From Histomonas meleagridis 2922-C6/04-290x (taxonomy: Eukaryota; Protista; Parabasalia): a stretch of 64,000 nucleotides of DNA. Location of the stretch: NCBI GenBank assembly GCA_020184695.1, contig JAANOX010000248.1, positions 62,001-126,000 of the forward strand, given 5' to 3'. Positions 31,706 through 42,014 of this stretch are shown in pieces. Position 1 is the stretch's first letter; every line of letters begins with the position of its first letter. A model generated the notes under the pieces. That model saw nothing but the letters and a program-made list of their open reading frames with translations. It was not told the DNA's origin and did no database searches. The position numbers and the translations under genes were made by a program.

Positions 31706-34700
31706 ATGATGAGCAATCAAAACGGAATTTATAGAAGTAATTGGGAAATTCTTAAATCAATTTCACAGACAGTTTTTAATCTAAATAAAGAAAACTTTAC
31801 ATCATCAGTAAGTTTAATAATCGAAATTCTTAACGACACCAATTCAAACACCATTTCTTTAATTATTGCACAAATAATTTCTTCAGCATATATAGTTTTA
31901 AATAAAGACATTAGTATATATTTAAATTTTATTAAAGAAATTGAACAGTTTCAAGAATATAATCAATTTAAATTCAAAATAATGGTCGTTTTTATAAATT
32001 ATCTTCTTCGTAAAAATAGGCAAGAATCAAATTATTTACTTGGTATTCTTCTCGAAGAAGATTTAATTGATATAAAAGTTCTTCAAGATACAAATAATCC
32101 ATATTTTGCGCAATTTATTTCAAAAGAATATTTTGTAGATGACAAAAATCCATTTATAAAAGAAATCATTGATAATTATGATGATCTTTCAGCAAATGAT
32201 TGGGAACTTCATAATAGATATATCAAAGAAGCTGTTAATCCAAATGAAGTCTCAAAAATCATTCGAAATGACGATATAACAAAATTTCAAGAAATTTCAT
32301 CACAATCAAATTTTGATTTTAATCAAATAATTCAACGATCAGTTTATGAAAAATGTTCATTCATTGATCAAGAAGATTTACCATTAATTGATTTTGCTGC
32401 ATTCTTTGGAGCAATTGAATGTTTTAAATATTTACTCCTGAATTGTTGCAAACCCGAAAAAACAGGCAAATATGCAGTTGCAGGTGGAAACTATGAAATC
32501 ATTCATTTATGTGAACAACACCATTCAAAATTTGATGAAGGATATGAAGCAGCGATTGAATTCCATCGGAATGATATCTTTTATTATCTCTATGAAAATA
32601 AAATTTGTACATTTAGAAATCTCGAAGAATTAGGAAAGAAATGTATTGTGTATCATAACTATGAAATTTTAGCATTCTTAATGGAAAATGGTATGAATGT
32701 TAATGAGACTGTATTATGTCAAACATCAAGAGTAGGGAATTTGTTCCTTATTAAACATTTTAATAAGCCACTTCCATCAAATTTAATAATCTTTGCAGCG
32801 GAATCAGGAAATATCGAATATGTCGATTATGTCTTAAAACAAGGTAATGTAAATATAAATATTACAGATTCTGTTAGTTTGTTTGATTTAATATTATAAA
32901 ATAATATTTGGAATATATACAAATGATTTTATACAGCACTTATATGGGCTTCCTATAATGGACAAACAGAAATAGTTCAAATGCTTCTTCGACAAAATGG
33001 TATTAATGTAAATATTCAAAATATTTTTTTGTTAAATATCAAATTTATCAATATAATTTTATGTTCTAAAATAATATTTGGTAATTATTTTTATTATTTG
33101 ATACAGCACTTCATTGGGCTGCATCTAGAGGTCATCTTGGAGTTGTTAATTTACTTGTTGAACATAAAGGAACTAATCTCAACCTTAGAAGTGTTTATAT
33201 AAATTATTAAAAGTTTCATTTAAAGATTAAGTATTTCATAATAATATTCGGAATTTAAAATTTTAATTTTTTACTGCACTTATTGTTGCAGCTCAAAAAG
33301 GTTATTATGAAATTGCAAAATCACTCGTTAGAAAAAGAGGAATAGATATCAATGCAAGAAATATTTTTTTGTATTATTTAATGTGTATTTAATTGATTTT
33401 TCGTATCAAAATAATATTTGGAATTCATTCAAATTTTTTAATACAGCACTTACGTTTGCAGCTCAAAAAGGTTTTACTAAAATAGCTAAATTACTTATCG
33501 AACAAAATGAAATTGATTTCAATAATACTAATATTTAAATATTTTTTAAAATATTTCATCTGATAATTTGATATATCATAAAAATATTTCAAATTTATAT
33601 TCATTTTTTGATACAGCACTTATATTTGCAGCTGAAAAAGGTTTCAAGGAAATTGTTGAAGCACTTCTTAATAAGAAAGGTATCAAAATAAATAGTCAAA
33701 ATATTTTTTAAAATGATTTAAAATTTGTTATAATAATTTTTTATTTCAAAGTATTATTTGGAAATTATTTTGGTTATTTGATTCAGCATTGACTTGGGCA
33801 TCATGTAATGGTCATACTGAAATAGTTGAAGTCCTTATTTCGCAAGAAGGAATTAATATCAATATTCGAAATGTTTATATATCTTATAGAATATTTCTTT
33901 GAATAATGTAATATTTCATATTAATATTTGGTATTTAATGAAATTATTTTTCACACCACTTATATTAGCATGTCAAAAAAAGCATATTGGAACAATAAAA
34001 TTACTTCTCAGTCAAAAATATATTGATATTAATGCTAAAACTATTTTATAATTTTATTTAATATTTGTTCTAAAAATTTAATATTTATAAATAATATTTG
34101 GAAATACAGCACTTCTGGAATCAGCAAAAAATGGATTTGTTGAAATAACTGAAATACTTCTTTCACAAGAAAACATCGACGTAAATATTCAAAATATTTT
34201 TAAATTTAATATAAAATTTATTATTTAAATTTTTTATTTCAAAATAATATTTGGAAATTATTTTAAAAATTTGATACAGCATTGATTTGGGCTGCTTGTA
34301 ATGGTCATTATGAAGTTGTTAAATTACTTCTTGAGCATTATGGAACTGATATCAATATCAAAAGTATTTCATTATATTATATGAAATTTAATATATTAAT
34401 TTAAAGTTTCATTATAATATATGGAATTTAATTAAAATATTTTACTCAGCATTTGCTTTAGCATGCCAAGGCAGTCATATTAATGTTATGAAATTATTTT
34501 TCGAACAAACTCTAAACAATATTAATACTCAAGAAGTTTAATCATTTTATTCATTATTTATTGTAATGTATTAACGTTTTTAAATAACGTTTGGAGATTA
34601 TTTAAATTCATTAATACACCACTTATGGATGCAGCAAGAAATGGCAAATTAGAAGTAGTTAAAACACTTCTCGAACAAAAAGGAATTGATATTAATATGA

Positions 34701-37252
34701 GAAATATTTTTTCAGATGATTTAAAATTTATTGAAACAATTTTTTATTTTAAAATATTATTTGATAATTATTTTAATTATTTGATACAGCATTGACTTGG
34801 GCATCATGTAATGGTCATACTGAAATAGTTAAATTACTTCTTGAACAAGAAGGAATTGATATAAATGTTCAAAATATTTATATATTTTATTTGAAATTTA
34901 ATTTAAGAATTTAAAGTTTTAAAATAATATTTAGAAATTATTTTATTTATTTAATTCAGCACTTATATTAGCATTATCATATAATCATATAGATGTGGTA
35001 AAATTACTTCTTCAAAGAGAAGATCTCCAAGTAAATGCTGAAGATATTTGTTAATTTATTTTTCTGTTTATAATAAGAATTTAATATTTTGCAATAATAT
35101 TTGGAATTTTATAAAATTATTTTTTACAGCACTTATAAACGCAGCTAAAAATAATAAAATTGAATTAGTTAAATTGTTTCTTGCAAACAAATATATCGAT
35201 GTAAATGCTCAAAATATCTTTTTATTTAATATAAAATTCGATAATATAATTTTTTATTTCAAAATAATATTTGGAAATTATTTTTATTTATTGATACACC
35301 ATTGATTTGGGCATCATCTAATGGACACACTGAAGTTGTTAAATTACTTCTTGAACATCCTGATATTCAGATTAATATAAGAAGTATTTATATATTTAAT
35401 ATAATATTTCGTTTAAAGTTTTAATATTTTATAATAATATATGGAGTTTAATTAAATTGTTTTGGACAGCACTTATATTAGCATCTGATAAGAATTTTAT
35501 TGAAATCGTTGAAATACTTCTTGAACAAAAGGGAATCGATATCAATGTTAGAAATATTTATTTATTTTATATAAAATTTAATAAAATAATCTGATGTTTT
35601 AATATAATATTTGGTATTTATTTAAACTATTTGATACAGCATTGATATTTGCATCTGAAAAAGGTAACGTAGAAATAGTTAAATTACTTATTGGATATGG
35701 AGGGGTTGATATCAATGCTCAAAATATTTTTTTGGTTAATTTATTGTTTATTTTAAAAATTTGATATATCAAAATAATATTTGGAAAACATTAAAATTAT
35801 TTAATTCAGCACTTACTTATGCAACTTTAAATGATAAGTTAGAAGTAGTAAGAATACTTCTTGCACAAGAAGGAATCGATATAAATAATAAAAACATTTA
35901 TATATTTGTTTCAAGATTTATTTTAATAATTTATTGTTTCAATATAATATTTGATATATATTTTAAATATTTAATACACCGCTTATATTAGCAGCTTCAA
36001 AAGGTTGTACAGAAATTGCTAAACTGCTTCTTGAGAAACAAGGAATTGATTATAATGCTAAAAATGTTTAATTATTTGTATCAAAATTTATAATAATAAT
36101 TTGATACATCAAAAAAATATTTGATATTGATTTGAATTATTTGATACAGCACTTATAAAAGCATCAGAAAATGGTCACACTGAAATAGTTAGAGCACTTC
36201 TTGCACAAAAAGATATCATTGTAAATCCAGGTAATATTTAATTAAATTTTTTATAATTTGATATAATGATTTTATATTTCAGTATATTATTTGGAAATCA
36301 TTTTAATTATTTGATACAGCAATTATTTGGGCTTCATGTAATGGTCATACCGAAGTAGTCAGATTACTTCTTGAACACGGAGCAGGTAATATCAATAGTA
36401 AAAATATTTAATTATAATTTCTCGTGCTTTATTTAATAATTCGGTGTTCCAATTTACAAATTGGAATTTAATTGTATTATTATGGACAGCACTTATATTA
36501 GCAGTTCGAAAAAATTTTATAGGAATTGTTAGGTTACTTCTTAGCCAAAGGGGAGTTGATGTTAATGCTAAAAATATTTATAAATATTATTTAATGTTAT
36601 ATTTATTAATATGAAATTTCAAAATAACATTTGAAAATTATTTAAATTATTTATTACATCACTTATATATGCATGCGACAATTGTTCAATAGAAGTCGTT
36701 CAATTACTTCTTCAACATGAAGAAATTGATATTAATGCTAAAGATGTTTATTTATTTTATTTAAAATTTATTTTAATAATATAATATTTCATATTAATAT
36801 TCGGAATTTGTTTAAATTATTTGACAATGCACTTATGATAATTTCTAATAAAGGCCATACAGAAATAGTTAAATTACTTCTTGAACATGGAGGTATTAAT
36901 ATTAATGCCCAAAATATTTACTCGTTTTACTTAATATTTATTTTGATATTTTGAAATTTCATAATAATATTAGGAATTTGTTCTAATTATTTTATACAGC
37001 ACTTATGATAGCTTCAAGTAAAGGTTATTCGAAAATTGTTGAAGTGCTTCTTGGACAAGAGAAAATCAAAACGAGTACCAGAAATATTTATTTTTATGGC
37101 TTAAAATTTATATGAATTATTTAATATTTCAAATTATTATTTGGAATTTATTTTAAATATTTGACACAGCGTTATCACTTGCATCAAAGAATTCACATTA
37201 TGAAACTGCTAGTTTGATATCTGAATACACGAAAAAATGCACAATCTTTTAA
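31706..37252 (+). CDS. DUF3447 plus 26-ankyrin-repeat protein, reconstructed at 1270 aa after removing 102 17-nt spacers
   Basis: The first 388 codons (31706-32869) encode a typical trichomonad DUF3447-ankyrin N-terminus. Then come 90-nt open blocks (T-A/P-L..GH.EIVKLLL...GIDIN..N) every 170 nt. 5547 - 102x17 = 3813 nt = 1271 codons, ending in TAA followed by TAAA. Confidence 0.85.
32873..37162 (+). repeat. 170-nt periodic array: 90-nt coding block plus four units of (17-nt spacer + single codon)
   Basis: 26 junctions counted by hand. The period is exactly 170 nt, or 153 nt across the junction near 34100 that lacks a spacer. No other indels were seen despite high substitution divergence. Confidence 0.93.
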
Positions 37253-37415
37253 TAAAAAATCAGTCAATTATTTTTTTCATATATTAACATATGTTGAATC
37301 TTATAATAATTTATATTTATACAAATAAGAATGATTCTTTATATTATTCTCATTATATGCTTTTCAAATTTGTTTTTATATATTTATAATACTAAATTTA
37401 TTTAATTTGTTGAAA

Positions 37416-37625
37416 TTTTTTCGTTAATGCAAACACTTAATTTTTTGATATGAAAATATTTATAAATAGAATTTTAAAGTTTAAACAAATAAAAATGTTT
37501 ATAAAAATTAATATTAATATTCATATTAATATGAATATTAACATTAATTACGTTCTCCTCGAATTCGTTGTGCAAGTTGAACATCACGTTCCATAATTGT
37601 GAGACGATTAGCATGAATAGTACAA
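37416..37625 (-). pseudogene. Duplicated 3' fragment of histone H3 plus its 3' flank
   Basis: About 210 bp nearly identical to 30957-31166 (offset 6459). It covers only about the last 27 codons of H3 and stops abruptly at 37625. Confidence 0.92.
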
Positions 37626-37997
37626 CCAGAGAGAGCCTCATCAAAAATCTGTTAATCAAAGGGAACGCCATTGAACTGAAGGTGCAAAACTTATCAAAAC
37701 ATTTAATAAATTTAATGAATATTGTTAATAGTATTTTGAAGTACCACCAACGATCTTAGATAATTTTTTTTTTTCAAAAATCACAATAATATCTATGGGC
37801 CTACTCCAAAAGACTAAGTCTTATAGACCCCTATAATTCTCAATTGCTCAGCCTCATGTTGCAAAGCATTTTTCTCAAATCACTCGAGGGAACCACCTTC
37901 GCACAAGTAAATGGCGATCAAACATTGAATGTGAGCTATACCTTAAGATTAGAATTCAATATGAACTTGATTTCTTTTTTTTATGATGTGATCTTTT

Positions 37998-39500
37998 TTG
38001 TTGTCCGTTCAAAGTAATGGGTATAGTTACACTCCTATAGGTTTAAATGTGATTAGAGATATGTTAGGCATTAAAGAAACAGTTTATTTTGATGGCAATA
38101 CAAATGCTGAATTTTATACATATTCTATATCGCAAGCTAAAAAAGGATTACTTCTTCAACATCCATGGGAATTAGATGTTGAGTTAGGAGAAGAATACTC
38201 AACAAAACAAACGCATACGACAAATCAAGAAGCATTAGGTGATATATGGTTTGAAATTCCATCTGTTGCATCTGGTATAAATAATTTTTATCTTACAACA
38301 TATGGTAATACAGCTATGATACAAACAGGTCATTCAAATGGTGAATCAGAAGAAATAGAACGAAAACTTCTTGCAAATACGATTTTATATTTAAAACAAA
38401 GGATAACAGAAAATTATTTTGAGGATTTATATTATTCACAACCCAATACGATACCACAGATTACAAATTTTGCAGTTGATCCAAATAATTATATACTTTC
38501 ATTTGACATTAATAATGATGATGTAACTGAATATTATTATAAAGTTGTAGCATACGAAGGAAACACAATATCTGAATCAAATCAAGTAAATGTTGAAGTT
38601 ACTGGGATTCAAAAATATAAATACGTAATTGATAATAAAATGGAATGCGATGAAGCAGAATCACTATATGAAACGACGAATAATTACGTCGAATTAAAAA
38701 CGGAACATATCGTAAGCGAAATGTATTTTCATGTTGCAATAATTGATATATACGATAATGCAATGGAAATAAAAACATATAAAATACCATCATTTGCGAC
38801 AAAATCATTCACCGAATCAAACACATTTACCAAATCAAATACATTTACAAAATCAAATACATTTACAAAATCAAATACATTCACAAAGTCAAATACATTC
38901 ACAAAGTCAAATACTTTTACCAAATCAAATGTATTCACTGAGTCAAATACATTTACAAAATCAAATACATTCACTAAGTCAAATACATTTCCAGAAATAT
39001 ATAATTTAATAACAACATATTCACATTCATATTTATTAACATTATCTTTGTCATTTGTGGCGTCAATTTCTATTAATAATTCGTTTATTACAAATACACG
39101 AACATTTACAATAATTAATTCGATTCAAACTTATGCTACAACACAAATTATTTATTATGAATATACAATAGTTATGTATAAATCTTATTTTGAATATTAT
39201 TCAGATTTTTACACTAATTTTCAATATCAAGAAATACCAATCGAAGACAATTCTTTAACAATAATAACAATAATAATTGTTGTTTGTGTTGTAGTAGTAG
39301 TAATTATTCTTATATCGATTTTTGTTTATGTAATTCGTAAATATAAAACAAATGTAAAAATAAGTGACACCAAGTGCGAATCAAACGAAGATTATGGAAA
39401 ACAAATTAGCACTGATTTCCAAGATTATAATTTAAATAGTATTAACGAAGACCCATTTGCAAATGATTTTGAGGAAGACAACCGGATAATAAACATCTAA
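37998..39500 (+). CDS. Membrane-anchored surface protein with a DUF5057-like domain, TKSNTF repeats, stalk, TM helix and DPFxxDF tail; probably 5'-truncated
   Basis: FYLTTYGNTAMIQTGHSNG...KLLANTILYLKQ block, TM IITIIIVVCVVVVVIILISIFVYVI and tail EDPFANDFEED. No signal peptide. First ATG is at 38061, and an out-of-frame YDVIFF remnant lies just upstream. Confidence 0.65.
   Translation: MLSVQSNGYSYTPIGLNVIRDMLGIKETVYFDGNTNAEFYTYSISQAKKGLLLQHPWELDVELGEEYSTKQTHTTNQEALGDIWFEIPSVASGINNFYLTTYGNTAMIQTGHSNGESEEIERKLLANTILYLKQRITENYFEDLYYSQPNTIPQITNFAVDPNNYILSFDINNDDVTEYYYKVVAYEGNTISESNQVNVEVTGIQKYKYVIDNKMECDEAESLYETTNNYVELKTEHIVSEMYFHVAIIDIYDNAMEIKTYKIPSFATKSFTESNTFTKSNTFTKSNTFTKSNTFTKSNTFTKSNTFTKSNVFTESNTFTKSNTFTKSNTFPEIYNLITTYSHSYLLTLSLSFVASISINNSFITNTRTFTIINSIQTYATTQIIYYEYTIVMYKSYFEYYSDFYTNFQYQEIPIEDNSLTIITIIIVVCVVVVVIILISIFVYVIRKYKTNVKISDTKCESNEDYGKQISTDFQDYNLNSINEDPFANDFEEDNRIINI
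38808..38990 (+). repeat. 18-nt coding tandem repeat (TKSNTF x about 10)
   Basis: ACNAA(A/G)TCAAATAC(A/T)TT(C/T)-type units are visible directly. Confidence 0.95.
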
Positions 39501-39548
39501 ATTTGTTGTTAATTCCTGTTTTTTCGATTTAGGAAAATCATCTGACCT

Positions 39549-39562
39549 TTGGGGTGCCCCAA
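39549..39562. promoter_or_regulatory. Quasi-palindrome TTGGGGTGCCCCAA, candidate cis-element
   Basis: An identical 14-mer occurs at 55757-55770. Both copies are in upstream intergenic DNA. Confidence 0.45.
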
Positions 39563-39824
39563 CTGTATCAAAATAATAACCGATATATAATTCAATAATG
39601 AAATGATCGGTGAGAATTAATCATTGAAATCTCGATGATAACCGTCCAGAAATTGTGGTAACTTTATTTCAAAAACCTGTAGGGTATTGAAAAAAATAAT
39701 TCAAATTAGAGAATAAACGGTTATTTGAATGATTTACATCATCGGCAGTCAATGATTCGCACCGGAGTAACATTCGGTGAGAAGGTATAATTGAATGGAT
39801 AACCGTAAAGAATCATTATTATTC

Positions 39825-41417
39825 ATGTCAGCCAAAAAAGTTTTCATTACTGGTGCATCAGGAGTCATGGGACATGCATCATTCATCGAGATATATCGAA
39901 GAAGGAAAGATTTGAACATTGTTTTATTACTTCTTGATGATCAAAAAACACGAAGATTATTTTTACCTTACAAAAATGACCCAAGAGTATCAATTGTTTG
40001 GGGAGACCTTCGAGACTACAAAAGCGTCTTGGAATGTGTTGAAGGTTGTGATTATGTTCTTCATATTGGAGGTCTTGTATCACCAACAGCTGATTACTAT
40101 CCAAAGAAAACATTTGAAGTTAATGTCAAAGCAGCCGAAAACATTGTTAAAGCAGTTAAATCACAACCCAATTCAGATGACATCAAAGTTATATACATTG
40201 GTACAGTTGCCGAAACAGGTGATCGTAATGATCCAATACATTGGGGACGATGTGGTGATCCCATTAACATTTCCATTTATGATCATTATGCAATTTCTAA
40301 AGTACAAGCAGAACGTGTATTTTCAGAATCTGGACTTAAGCATTGGGTATCATTAAGACAATCAGGAATTCTTCATCCAGGTCTTCTTCATAACATTGGC
40401 CCAATTGTATTTCATGTTGTTCTTAGAGGCGTTTTAGAATGGGCAACAATTGAAGATAGTGCCACGCTTATGTGTAATGTTCTTAATGATGATGTTCCAG
40501 AAACGTTTTGGAGAAAGTTCTATAACATCGGATCAGGGGAAGAATATAGATTAACAAACTATGATTTTGAAGAAAAAATTCTTCATGCAATTGGAATGGG
40601 GCATAATGCACCACAAAAATTGTTCGAGCCTAATTGGTTTATCACACGTAATTTCCATGGTCAATGGTTTTCAGATAGTGATGAACTTGACAATATTCTT
40701 CATTTCCGTCATAACATTCCAATCAAAGAATATTTCAAGAATATGAAAAGGAATTTACCATGGTTCTTTAAATACACATACTTAGCTGCAAATGCAATTG
40801 GAAAAATGTTTATGAAAGCAATTGCTTATGATAAAAGATTTGGTACACTTTCATGGCTTAAAGAAAAAGATGAAACAAGAATTAAAGCATACTTTGGATC
40901 ATATGAAGAATGGCAAAAAGTACCAAAAACATGGGAACTAACAAATCTTTCGCCACCATCCAAACAAATCACTTATTTGGATCATGGGTATGATGAAACA
41001 AAACCAATTTCCGAATTAAGTTTAGAAGATATGAAAAAAGCGGCTCATTTTAGAGGTGGCGAATGTTTATCTGATGAAATGGAAAAAGGAAATTTGTATA
41101 AACCTCTAAAATGGAAATGCGCATTTGGACACACATTCGAAATGACACCTAACACAGTATTAAAAGGCGGTCATTGGTGCCCGAAATGCGATCCAATTCC
41201 TTGGAACTATGATGAAATTGAGAAAGTGAATCCTTTCTTTGCACAAGTGTGGAGGCCATTCCATAATAAGAACGAAAGTAATGTTTTTGATGAATCAATT
41301 TATAAGGACTATGACGAATATAAATTGAAGAGATCATCAAATGATTGGTTACCTTTAGTAATAATGTTCTTCATCATTTCTTTCACATTAATGTTCATAA
41401 TTTTAAACTGGAATTAA
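39825..41417 (+). CDS. NAD-dependent epimerase/dehydratase (extended SDR) with a C-terminal Zn-ribbon and TM tail
   Basis: VFITGASGVMG, YAISK, C..GH...GHWCPKC and hydrophobic C-terminus WLPLVIMFFIISFTLMFIILNWN. Inr TCATT at 39813 precedes ATG 39825 (ORF also open from ATG 39795). Confidence 0.85.
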   Translation: MSAKKVFITGASGVMGHASFIEIYRRRKDLNIVLLLLDDQKTRRLFLPYKNDPRVSIVWGDLRDYKSVLECVEGCDYVLHIGGLVSPTADYYPKKTFEVNVKAAENIVKAVKSQPNSDDIKVIYIGTVAETGDRNDPIHWGRCGDPINISIYDHYAISKVQAERVFSESGLKHWVSLRQSGILHPGLLHNIGPIVFHVVLRGVLEWATIEDSATLMCNVLNDDVPETFWRKFYNIGSGEEYRLTNYDFEEKILHAIGMGHNAPQKLFEPNWFITRNFHGQWFSDSDELDNILHFRHNIPIKEYFKNMKRNLPWFFKYTYLAANAIGKMFMKAIAYDKRFGTLSWLKEKDETRIKAYFGSYEEWQKVPKTWELTNLSPPSKQITYLDHGYDETKPISELSLEDMKKAAHFRGGECLSDEMEKGNLYKPLKWKCAFGHTFEMTPNTVLKGGHWCPKCDPIPWNYDEIEKVNPFFAQVWRPFHNKNESNVFDESIYKDYDEYKLKRSSNDWLPLVIMFFIISFTLMFIILNWN

Positions 41418-42014
41418 ATGAAAAATCGTTGCGGATTACAATCTAAATAAAAACTTTCTATCCCTAATCTAACATTTGGTATGTTTTTGACAATAGAAGA
41501 ACTTTGCAAATATTTTTCCCACTGATTGATTAAAGGGAAATGTTATAATTATATTCGTTTACTTTTGTCTTTGTTCGCAAGTGTGTTGAACAGCAATAAT
41601 ACAATTTCAGTAATTTTTGATCTTACACACATTTTTTTCAAGGTCACCCAGATATTCTGTCTTGGCACATTAATGAAATAAAAAGAATTAATTACATATT
41701 TCTGTAAATATAATATATCAATATAAAATGATTTTCGTATGTATATCTCTTTCACATCATTTTCTTAAAAATATTTTACTAAACCAAAAGATGATTGGAT
41801 ACACATACAACCCAATCGAAAGAAGCACATGCATTTGCACATAATAACTTAAACTTTCGTCGAAGTTGTTTCAGTCAACCAAAATTCAGCATACAGCTAA
41901 CCCCTTCAACTGTATTCAAATTTACGATGATTTGAATGTGTTTTTTTTATCACGACTTTTTGACGTTACTTTTATTCAAAATTGAGTGGTTTTGACGGTT
42001 AACCCAAAATCCAA

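Noticed and set aside
33027-33100. Model with one 51-nt and one 17-nt insert around a 6-nt TTGGAA micro-exon
   Set aside because: It restores the frame but cannot explain the 34-nt case at junction 1, or purine-initiated ATT/GTT starts every 20 nt. The four-spacer model explains all 26 junctions.
32981-35991. Short ORFs at 32981, 35048 and 35761 as separate genes
   Set aside because: They are single ankyrin blocks reading into spacers by chance.
32873-37162. CRISPR array or sequencing-error explanation of the periodic region
   Set aside because: The conserved parts are protein-coding ankyrin blocks in a eukaryotic context with no cas genes. Random indel errors cannot give a constant 170-nt period.
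32931-37170. Canonical GT-AG introns using the frequent ..ATACAG|CA as a 3' splice site in the ankyrin array
   Set aside because: Many repeats have no AG there (ACT GCA, ACA CCA, ACA TCA, AAT GCA), most lack a 5' GT, and splicing there would give 28-aa repeats without the hairpin.
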